64,000 bases of DNA from Amphiscolops sp. MND2022 (taxonomy: Eukaryota): assembly GCA_964187785.1 (NCBI GenBank), contig OZ076409.1, forward strand, positions 54,438,001 to 54,502,000. Direction: 5' to 3'. Below the pieces are notes generated by a model, which worked only from the letters and a program-made list of their open reading frames with translations, was not told the DNA's origin and did not search any database. Every line of letters begins with the position of its first letter. Position 1 is the first letter of the stretch. Position numbers and translations under genes: made by a program. Below, piece by piece: positions 39,939 through 49,038 of this stretch.

Positions 39939-40115
39939 ATGTACATAGTGTACATTCGCCATTTTAGACTTTTCTATTTGTAAATTTCAGTTCTGTTTCT
40001 CGTTTTAGTATTTATATAGTTAGTTTCTTCTGAGTCAAAGAAGTCAGAGTAGTCCCAGTAAAAACATGCCATCTCGGGCAGTAAAATAAATAGGGACATA
40101 ATTTAACGTTTCTGA

Positions 40116-43100
40116 CTAGTATCTGTATTCATCAGTATAGTTGGGGTTGGGGTTAGGTCGAAGGTTGTATTTCCCCCCTCTAGGGCTAGAGTTTTCATCA
40201 GTTTTTTCATTTGCTTTTTCATTCGATATTCCGGGCACGGTAATATCATCCCCCTCGTTAGGAGAGTTTTCCTCGCTTTCTAATTCATTTGTGACGTCAT
40301 TCACGTTCTTTTCTGAACTAGGTGGTGTATTGCCACCATTGTGGCTATTTCGGCTAGTGGCCGTTCTCGGCCTTTCTATTTCGCTGCTTTGTTCGCCTCG
40401 CGCAGCATTCTCGCTAACGTCATGTTCATCATGCATTATAAGTGCGTCTCGGCTAGCGGCCGTACTCGGTCCCGCTTCATTTTCATTCTTTTTGGTTCGT
40501 TCATTCAGTTCGATGACGTCATTTGCGTCTCGTGTCATTGTGCCGTCTCGGCTGGTGGCCGTCCTCGGCCTTACCGCGTTGTCATCAGCGTTGTCATAAA
40601 TGACGTAATCACTAGTCGTGACACCAGCATCGCTGTCTGGTGCTTGCGATTCTTCGTCCGTATTATCGTCTCGTCTCGGCTCAAAGAGATGGTAGTCAAA
40701 ATCTGCTTCCCATGAGATGGTGTATAAATCATCTTGTGGTATGATTATTTCATCATCTGGTTGCAATTTCTCTTTGGCATATTTGTCCTCTAAAGTCGTA
40801 TTAGGAACAAACTTTTTCAGGCGAATTCGGTGTAATATCTGTGTTTTATTCGTATTTAACCGGCGGACAATGTAATTGTCGTTAGGTAATACCTTTTCAA
40901 TTCGATAAGGACCGATCCAGCGATATTCTCTGAATGGTATTTTTGATCCTTGATTGTCCGCTTTAGGTTGTAGGATAAAGCAAAAATCTTGGTCACTGAG
41001 AGGAGCTGCTTTGGCCTTTCGGTCATAGTACTCCTTATATTTCAAGTAGGACTGCATAATGTTATGTTTCGTTTTGTCAATGAGAACTTTTGTTCTCTGT
41101 TGTAATTCTTCAGCAAATTCAGTAGTCGGGAGGAAATCCTTATTAGGATTATTTCCAAGTTTATGGTCAAGAACATTATAGGGAATTCTTCCGTGAAAGA
41201 CCTTGCTCGGTTCACAACCGATGCTGGAATGATAAGTTGTGTTATAATTGAGCACTGCTAGTGGCAAATATTTGTGCCATTGACGGCGATATTCCCCTGA
41301 GGCCATTTTCAAATTTGTTTTCAATGAGGCGTGAGTTCTCTCGAGTTTGCCAATTGTTTGTGGATGTTTAGTCGTCGCACATTTTAGGGTTATTCCTAAT
41401 ACTTGCGTTATCTCTGCAATAATTTTTGATGTAAAAGCGGTTCCTTTGTCGGTGATGATCGTAGTTGGCAAATATGAGTGCTTTGTCATGATGTCTATTA
41501 AGACCTTTGCCGTGTTAGAGGCTGTTGCCTCAACTAACGGGTAGGCAAACAGATATCTTGAGAAGACATCTATTGCTGTCATCACTGTTTGGTAACCTCC
41601 GCTTGTTGGCAAGTTTGGGAGTAAATCGATTTGCATTGCGTCCTCTGGTCCAAGGTCCCATTCTGGCAAGTTAAGCAATTCGGGCGTTATCGTGTTGTTT
41701 GGGACCCGTTTATCTTTTGCGCAAGTTACACATCCTTCTACCCACTTTTTAACGTGTTTTGCTATACCGGGGTAGTAGTATTTCTGTCGTATTTCTTGTA
41801 ACATCTTCGATATACCCGGGTGTTTGTGCGCCGTTCCGTGTAAGGCCTGTAACAATTCTGTCAAAAGGTGTTTTGGTAAGAGAACTTGGTGATACTTGAC
41901 TTGTCCAGTTTCATCATAATATTGTCGTGTGACTATTTCGTCTTTAAGGACTATTCGGTCCAAGTTGTAAAGGTAGTGTTTGTATCGGATATCTTGCTGG
42001 AGTAGTTCTTCAGAATAGTCTTCGTTCTGAATTTTGGCTTTGAGTTGGCGCAGTATAGGGTCGTTGGATTGTTCAAGTAAAATTTGATTCGTTCTGCGCA
42101 TTTTTTGGGTAAAGTTTGTAATCTCATCTACTATGTTTTCAGATATTGCGTCAATTTGAATAAAGCCTTCTTGGTCGATTGGGTTGGTTCGGTTTTGTTT
42201 TTTACGCTCCCAAATTTGAGCTTCTGTCTCATCATCTTGCTCCGTGAAGAAAACTTGTTCCTCTTCAGCAACGCCTGCCGATTGGACATTGACCTCGATG
42301 GGCTTAGTCTCTATGTCTTCGCGGATTTTAAGGACTAGTTTCTCTCTGGGGTCCATTTCCATGCGAGATAAGTAGTCGGCGGCTGTGTTGTTTTTCCCTG
42401 GTATATGTGCTAAGACAAAATTGAATTGTATTACATAGTCACATGCATTCCAGAGTGTTGGAGGGATTATCTTCGTCTGGAAGAATCTCGTGACCGATTT
42501 GTTGTCCGTGAGGATGGTAATCGGTTTAGGGGCTCCCCAGAAAATATGTCCAAATTCTTTGAATGCGTAGTAAATCGCTAAGAATTCCTTAGCGTATATG
42601 GACATTTTGAGTTGCGATGGCGTAAACGTTTTTGAGCCATATGCAATTGGAGCGTATGATTTTTTGACAGATGAATATTTCTGGTTTGGGTCGTCCTCGG
42701 TAAGTATGGCGTAGCCGGCCGCTGTGAAACTAGCGTCAGTCATCAGGACCAGTTGCTTGTTTGGCAAAGGTTGCTTCAGGGCCAATTGGCTACATTTGTC
42801 GAGGTCCCGATTGATTTCATTGAACTGTTGTATTAGTTCTGTGGTCACCAGGACTTTTTCGTCTTTTTTGAGAAGTTGAAAGAAAGGGGCTAATTTTTCA
42901 GATAATCTTGGGATATAGTTCCTGTAATAATTTAGGAAACCAAGATATCTTTGTAGAGCCTTTTTAGATTTGGGAAATTTGGTTTTTCCTAGGAAGTTTG
43001 TTATTCGCTCCTTTTGTGGTTTGACTCCCTCCGGAGTAATTGTTCTCCCCAAGAAATCGATTTCCGTTGCCCCGAAGTGGCATTTGTGCATTGTCAGTTT

Positions 43101-45365
43101 AAGGCCAGCATGCCTAATGCACACAAAGGTTGCTTTCAAATTTTTTATGAGATGATCCGCATCATTGGCGGCTATGCCAATGTCATCGACATATTGGGCA
43201 CATTGATCAGCTTTGATAACTTTATCGAGATATTCCCTCATGAAACTTGAAAATGCTGATAATGCCCTGCTAAGGCCCTGGGCAAGTCGTCTATACGCAA
43301 AGGTGCGGCTTGCAAAGTTGAACGCAAGCATCTCAACGGACCTTTGGTCCGCCATTGGTAGGCAGTGATATGCCTGTGAGCAATCAAGTTTACAGAATAG
43401 TTTCTTTCCTGCCATATGTTGTGCAGCGTCCGTTAGGGTACTAACCGGATGATTGTTGTTGATATAGTCATCCGAAATGAGGTTGTTAATTTTCCTCAGG
43501 TCGACTAGTAGTCTTAGCTTCCCATTCGGCTTTTTCTGTGCGAATATGGGACTGGCGTATTTCGAAAATGGCAGTGTAGTTATTATGCCATATTTGTGTA
43601 ACAGGGCCAGTTCGACAAGTATGTCCTCTTTTAAATTGACTGGAGTTGGGAGACTTTGGCTGTAAGCAGGCGAATCGTCCTTAGGAGTCAGTTTGACCGT
43701 GAATTCTTCATTCATTCCGATGTCAAATCTGTGTCGTGCAAATATGTCATGGTATTCGACTAAAAGCGATTCGATCTTTTTGATTTCATGTTGTTGCAGC
43801 ATGGAGTCTTTCCAGTCGAAATTGCCAAGGAATTTGCGGCGTGACTCATCATCATTCTGTGGATTCAATTGTTCAGCTTCTTGGAGGTTTCGTAATTCTT
43901 GAAGGATTCGTCGTTGGATGGGAGTATGGGAATCTTCGTCCCCTGGGTTTTCTGGCGTAGGAAACCAGTACTGTTCATATTGGTCATTGTTCCGATTAGC
44001 CTTGAGTAGACTACTGACATAGTAGATCGCATCCTCTTCGTTTTCATTGAGGAGATGCCATGTGGACACCGGGTCAATTGGTTTGACGTGTTTCATCTGT
44101 TCCGGTGTTAGTACGGAAAAGTTTGCTATGTGTAGTCCCTTTTTAAGCTTGTACGGTTGGTCTGTAAAATTGTTGATATGAACGTTGACGTTTCCATTAG
44201 TCAATGTGACTATTGCGGCACAGAATGTGATGTCGCCTTCTTCATGGAGGAGATCACTGGGTTGCAACACCCCTGTGACCGTATTTTCATTGTAGATTTG
44301 GGATTTGATCTCTACTAAGGTACGGTCATTGGGTGGTATTGTGATATCGTCTGGGTTAAGTATTGGTTCCAGTACGTTAGAGTATTTATGGTCAGCCGTT
44401 TTGAGTTGCATCGAGAAATATGGGAAATTGAGTATGCCTTGTCGCATGTCCAGTACTGTATGATTCCTCTGGAGGAACATTAGTCCTATGATAGGGCCAG
44501 TCAGTTTTTTCATTACTATGAATATTTCATGGAATTCAATATCTCCGACTTCGAACTTGAGTTCAACAGTGCTCTTTGGGGTTTCCAATTGTCCGTTTGC
44601 GACCATAATTTGAAACGTCGGGGCAGGTCCCTCTTTGACTATGGATTGGGGCGCCAATAGGCGTATTTTCCTGAGGTCTGCTTCCGGAATTGCGCTGGAG
44701 TGAGCTCCAGTGTCTATGAGGCCGTCTATGGTTAGTTCCCCAAAGTCCATCGGGAAATATAGCATCCGTTTTTTGTATTTGAGTCCGAGGTTTGTGGATA
44801 GTGGTATGTACGCTGGTTCTCCCTCTTTAGTTACCAGGACATGTATGAAGGCTGTCTCGTCGAGGAGGCCAGGTGTGGCCTGTGTCTCTTCTGCATGTGG
44901 TTGATCTTTGATCGCATCAAAATTTGGTTCCCATTGTTCGATGAGTGCCCGGGACAGTATGGTGTCTACAATGTCAGGGTCATCCTCATCGTCTGTTGGC
45001 GGGTAGTCATCATTCCGAAATTGTAAATTGTGTTTATCATATAACTCATCATCCCAGTACGGGTCTTTGCCGTACTCGGGGTCGTAGTATTGGGGGTTGT
45101 AGTCTTCGACAGTTTGTAAGGGTCGGAATTGGGTTTCTGAGTCTTTAGTAAGGTTATTACGTCGATATAGGTATGGGTGGTCACTGTGAATAATATATTG
45201 AGTTTGAGTACAGGCTTCCACCATCTGCTGCTGCCAGACAGTCGATGGGGTCCCTGTGATGTTCTTTTGTGATTGCTTATAAGCGATGTTAGCTGGGTCA
45301 GATATGACATACTGTCGTATCGACATTTGGTCAGAGATTTGGAGTCGTGGCAAAATTAGTTTTTT
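40116..45365 (-). CDS. pol: Pol polyprotein: aspartic protease, RT, RNase H, integrase (intact, ~1745 aa)
   Basis: Protease LIDTGA; RT LLVDLRKIN, KLDCSQAY, YVDDI; RNase H LMTDAS, KEFLA, LTDNKS, ADYLSR; integrase H-H-CC (HGTAHKHPG...CVTC), QIDLL, TDKGTAF, GKLERTH; GPY/F motif WIGPYRI. No stops. Confidence 0.97.
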   Translation of the reverse strand, partial: KKLILPRLQISDQMSIRQYVISDPANIAYKQSQKNITGTPSTVWQQQMVEACTQTQYIIHSDHPYLYRRNNLTKDSETQFRPLQTVEDYNPQYYDPEYGKDPYWDDELYDKHNLQFRNDDYPPTDDEDDPDIVDTILSRALIEQWEPNFDAIKDQPHAEETQATPGLLDETAFIHVLVTKEGEPAYIPLSTNLGLKYKKRMLYFPMDFGELTIDGLIDTGAHSSAIPEADLRKIRLLAPQSIVKEGPAPTFQIMVANGQLETPKSTVELKFEVGDIEFHEIFIVMKKLTGPIIGLMFLQRNHTVLDMRQGILNFPYFSMQLKTADHKYSNVLEPILNPDDITIPPNDRTLVEIKSQIYNENTVTGVLQPSDLLHEEGDITFCAAIVTLTNGNVNVHINNFTDQPYKLKKGLHIANFSVLTPEQMKHVKPIDPVSTWHLLNENEEDAIYYVSSLLKANRNNDQYEQYWFPTPENPGDEDSHTPIQRRILQELRNLQEAEQLNPQNDDESRRKFLGNFDWKDSMLQQHEIKKIESLLVEYHDIFARHRFDIGMNEEFTVKLTPKDDSPAYSQSLPTPVNLKEDILVELALLHKYGIITTLPFSKYASPIFAQKKPNGKLRLLVDLRKINNLISDDYINNNHPVSTLTDAAQHMAGKKLFCKLDCSQAYHCLPMADQRSVEMLAFNFASRTFAYRRLAQGLSRALSAFSSFMREYLDKVIKADQCAQYVDDIGIAANDADHLIKNLKATFVCIRHAGLKLTMHKCHFGATEIDFLGRTITPEGVKPQKERITNFLGKTKFPKSKKALQRYLGFLNYYRNYIPRLSEKLAPFFQLLKKDEKVLVTTELIQQFNEINRDLDKCSQLALKQPLPNKQLVLMTDASFTAAGYAILTEDDPNQKYSSVKKSYAPIAYGSKTFTPSQLKMSIYAKEFLAIYYAFKEFGHIFWGAPKPITILTDNKSVTRFFQTKIIPPTLWNACDYVIQFNFVLAHIPGKNNTAADYLSRMEMDPREKLVLKIREDIETKPIEVNVQSAGVAEEEQVFFTEQDDETEAQIWERKKQNRTNPIDQEGFIQIDAISENIVDEITNFTQKMRRTNQILLEQSNDPILRQLKAKIQNEDYSEELLQQDIRYKHYLYNLDRIVLKDEIVTRQYYDETGQVKYHQVLLPKHLLTELLQALHGTAHKHPGISKMLQEIRQKYYYPGIAKHVKKWVEGCVTCAKDKRVPNNTITPELLNLPEWDLGPEDAMQIDLLPNLPTSGGYQTVMTAIDVFSRYLFAYPLVEATASNTAKVLIDIMTKHSYLPTTIITDKGTAFTSKIIAEITQVLGITLKCATTKHPQTIGKLERTHASLKTNLKMASGEYRRQWHKYLPLAVLNYNTTYHSSIGCEPSKVFHGRIPYNVLDHKLGNNPNKDFLPTTEFAEELQQRTKVLIDKTKHNIMQSYLKYKEYYDRKAKAAPLSDQDFCFILQPKADNQGSKIPFREYRWIGPYRIEKVLPNDNYIVRRLNTNKTQILHRIRLKKFVPNTTLEDKYAKEKLQPDDEIIIPQDDLYTISWEADFDYHLFEPRRDDNTDEESQAPDSDAGVTTSDYVIYDNADDNAVRPRTATSRDGTMTRDANDVIELNERTKKNENEAGPSTAASRDALIMHDEHDVSENAARGEQSSEIERPRTATSRNSHNGGNTPPSSEKNVNDVTNELESEENSPNEGDDITVPGISNEKANEKTDENSSPRGGKYNLRPNPNPNYTDEYRY

Positions 45366-47056
45366 GATTCAGGTTTTTTAGAATTCGATTGGCCTGATGA
45401 GGATGTTGTGGATTTTTCATTCTTGGTGCGAGTGCCTTCGTCTTCAGAGGGCTCCGTGTCTTTGGTGGAGTCCTGTCTATTTCTTTTTGGACGAAGATGG
45501 GCACCAGCGCCACGCCAACATTTCTCTGCTGGGTGATTGGTTTTACTGCAGGTGGGACATTCTGGATAAGTTTGTCGTTGAGGCTTCTTGCCGTCTTTGG
45601 CCTCTGATTCTTTCTTCTTTTTCAGTTTTGGACAATTTTTCCAGAAGTGGTCCTCTGCCTTGCAGTATGAGCATTGGTAATTTTTGTTGGTGTCGATGCC
45701 GTTAGATAGTAGATTTCGGGACTTGTTGGACGACGAAGCCATTGTAGCAATGGGTAGGTCATCAGATTCTTCTAATGCGTTTAACTCGAGTTCCCGTTCC
45801 AGATGTGCCACAATCTCCTCGTAGGTCCCGTTTTCCAGTCGAGCCATATTTACTGATCTTTTGAGTTTTGGGGGTAATTTAGCATACAAGAGGCTGTCTA
45901 TCATGCTTTTGGCGTTTTCCCCAAAGGCCTTCTCGGCACCCTGGTTGAGTTCCTCAAGAAAATCGGGTAGTTTCATCGTGTTGGGATCAAAGATGAGCCT
46001 GTGCCACTTGTGTTTAGCTGTGGCTTGAGACTCGGGTTTGACGTACTTTCTGCGGAATATGACCAATACGTCTTCTAATGTTTGACGGTTTATGGAGTTT
46101 ATATTTCGGAAAGTTTGCAGTGCTCCTTTTCTGAGCAGAGAATGAAAATGATTTATTTTCATTTGTTCTGTCATGGCAGGCTGCATCTTTATCATTGTAT
46201 GAAATAAATCTTCAAACAATTCAAATTTCTCTGTTTTGCCGTCAAATGTCATGGGGTTCGTCATGACTGGTCTAATTGTCATCGAGTGTGGTTTATTTTG
46301 GAGGTTTACCAGGACATCTGCCAATCGGTTGATAGGGTCTTGTTGCTGTTCTGCCGGAGCAGGCTCCGCTATTGGCAGAGTTGTATCCAGAGTTGTATCA
46401 TGAGTAGATTCTTGTCTTTGGAGGTCTGGCTGAGAGTGAATTCGTCCTGTGAGGAATTCAGGAATCGGCTGTTGGAGTTCGGTAGCTCCTGTCACCATGT
46501 AAGGGCTAACGTCCGAATGTTCTCTCAGATCACAAGCGGACCTCGAGTCCCTTTTGTCATTCTTGTATTCATGTTCTCCCATGCGCTTCTGGTTCCATCC
46601 TCATTTAAGGACGTACCCGGCTCAACGCCATGTTGACCCAAAGGCAAATTTTCTACCATTTTGTATTTCCGGGATAACTCTCTCACTTATAGCAGAACTA
46701 ATGGCCCTGGTAATCTGTGATTGCATTAGGTCCATCATAGCCTCCATCTCGCGCGACATCCTAGCGTTCATTTCCCCAGATAGTGTATTGATAGACTCTA
46801 TCAGTCTACTTTCCCTAACTGGTTCATTTCTACTATCGATGTTTCTGATCTCATTTTCTTGAGATGAACTTTCTCTGTTCGGAAAGGACTGAAAGTCTCG
46901 TTGTCCCTCAGGGACGTTAATCAAGCTATCAAGTTCTCTTTCTATAGAGTTGGAACTTCTGCCACCTAGCATTACGTCCATGTTGCCGTAGTCTGACAAC
47001 ATATCTAATTCTCTAGATATTCTAGACTTGGCCTTTTGTCTCCTCGTAGAAGGCAT
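45356..47056 (-). CDS. gag: Gag with two CCHC zinc knuckles; N-terminus encoded in the LTR and frameshifted in this 5' LTR copy
   Basis: ORF 45356-46582 has a capsid-like region (FDGKTEKFELFEDLF) and the knuckles CSYCKAEDHFWKNC and CPTCSKTNHPAEKC. The 3' LTR copy shows an uninterrupted frame from MPSTRRQKAK to the LTR end. The 5' LTR has 2-bp and 1-bp deletions with a stop at 46622-46624. Confidence 0.9.
45359..45365 (-). other. -1 ribosomal frameshift slippery site A-AAA-AAC at the gag/pol junction
   Basis: Minus strand reads TCA AAA AAC TAA. The X-XXY-YYZ heptamer sits just before the gag stop, and the -1 frame continues as K-L-I-L-P-R-L-Q into pol. Confidence 0.85.
46481..46497 (-). other. 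Primer-binding site (TGGTGACAGGAGCTACC)
   Basis: TGG immediately follows the terminal CA of the 5' LTR. It resembles a tRNA-Leu-type PBS (TGGTGTCAGGAG) with a mismatch; tRNA identity not verified. Confidence 0.85.
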
Positions 47057-48122
47057 TGAAAATGTTATTCCAGGAGAAAATATTTGAATTGTTCCTGGGG
47101 ACAAATACTTCTATTTTCAGATTAATCAAGATGAGCGTAGTGTATCAGGTAGCTGCAAAATTATGATTAACCTTTGTCAGGCCGACTTGGGTATATATAC
47201 CCCAGAGGGAATGACAGGCAAAATTGTAACGGTCATGATACTAAAAATAGCAACGCAAACTAAAAATAGATACGTCAGCACTATAAATAGTAACATGACA
47301 TCATTTTAGACTTGTGCGGGCGGCTAGATCAAAGGGCCCGACAAGTCTCATCCGCATATGGGTCAAATTGTTTACAAGTATAATTCATGCAAGCAACAGT
47401 TTACATGCACAACAATTCATGAAGGCCCTGTTCGGCGTATGGCCGTTGGGGTTTTCTAATTCAGTCCCATCATAATATGAGAGAGCAACAATTACATGTT
47501 AACAGTGTATATGCTTGTTTATTGCATGGGGTGGGTTATTTGCATCTTCAAGCCACTAATTAACTGGAATACCAATTTCATATGGCAAGTATACAGCATT
47601 TGAGTATTCATCGTGCTAACCGGCCATGACAGGCCTTATTTACTGCATAGCACCAAGACAATTAATACAGTGAATTGGGACAGCTATGTCACATAGCCGC
47701 TTTCGTCCTTTTTGTAATTACTGAATACCAATCAAGTATAGCATTAGAGCACAATAAGGCCGGCAAAGTTAGTTGGCCGCCTTGGTCCATTCTAAATAGT
47801 CATTAGCACAGTTACGTAATAAGTAATAAGATGGCTATTACAAACTGCACTCTGATTGGCCAATTGACCGTAGACGGCATAGCTAGCCATACTGAGCAGG
47901 CAAACATTTGAACACGTTTCCTTTCTGCCTGTCAGTATGGCTTGCTGTCAAATGTATTTTACATAAGAAATAACAATATAATCCATCAATTAATATTACA
48001 TGTTCAAAATAATACTGAATGTTTGAAAGTTTTGGTTTATAATGGGAGCGTCCCAGGTAGGGCGATTGGCTTCGTATGGTCAATCGTGTAAATGTTGCCA
48101 TCGCAGGCGTCAGCCTGCGACA
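46498..48122 (-). repeat. 5' LTR of the Gypsy element (1625 bp)
   Basis: Direct repeat of 32360-33987. Followed on the minus strand by the TGG-starting PBS and flanked by TSD AGTGA. Confidence 0.96.
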
Positions 48123-49038
48123 AGTGAACTGTTCACCTGTTACTTCAACATTCGAGCTCGAAAAAACACACACATTTAGGAACAACTCATATTGATTAAA
48201 ACTGACATGTGTTCAATGCAATGCATTATTTAGGAGGATTAACTACATCTTATTTTCAGCGAAGGTAATTTAACAGTTCCCCACTGGGAAAACTTGCTCA
48301 TTTTCTTCGAAGGTCTGTCATTGAACTCCTGTCTAGTATTAGTGTAATTCTGAAAAAAAATGGAAAACATATTTTACATACTTGCTAAAGTTGACAGAAA
48401 ACTAAGAATCAAATTTTAACGACTGCTATTTTACTACATAAAGCGCTAATAATTTTAATTTAATTAAAAGCACTAGAAGTTCACTCGGAAACAGTGTCAA
48501 CATTTGCTGGAAAAAAATTGAAAAAACCAAGTGACACGAAAAAAACGCAAAAAATAGCAAATTTGACTGCGAAACATTTGTAAACAGAATATCAAAATTT
48601 TTGAAAAATATATATGTTTGGTCACTAGTCGCTCATTCAGAAAGATCACCTTCGAGATCACCATTAGACCAATTGGGCGTTTGGAAACGCGAAATTGTTT
48701 GAATACGCGTTTCGCACTTTTTCAGTATCACTTCGTTTCGAGAAACTATCTGATGATTGATTGCTCATAATTGATTTTCAATTGGAGCAGAGAAAAATAA
48801 ATTGACGGTTTTTTGCGGACTACTTGATAGTACCGTGATCTGAACGAAACTAATTTTTTGCCGAATCAGAATCCCAGTTACTAGGTGAACAAAAAACAGA
48901 ATGCAAAGAAGTAGTTTCTTCTCAAGATTGTAACGTTTGCAAACACTGCACTGAAAGTGTTCCATTTTTTGTCAAACATTCAAAATGTAGCTCTCATTTT
49001 AATTACATTTTCATAGGACGGGTCCAGCAATGAGAAAT

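Larger units (their letters stand above)
32360..48122 (-). mobile_element. Full-length Ty3/Gypsy (Metaviridae) LTR retrotransposon, 15.8 kb, carrying extra genes
   Basis: Two direct LTRs (32360-33987, 46498-48122) with TG...CA ends. 5-bp TSD AGTGA at 32355-32359 and 48123-48127. PBS and PPT at the expected positions. gag plus pol in PR-RT-RH-IN order. Confidence 0.97.

Noticed and set aside
35100..40110. Antisense gene as an independent nested hAT transposon
   Set aside because: No TIRs or 8-bp TSD seen. Catalytic residues appear absent although the frame is intact within a very young element. Not fully excluded without other copies.
40141..46862. Numerous plus-strand ORFs overlapping gag/pol
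   Set aside because: Antisense shadow frames of a long coding region, with no recognisable motifs.
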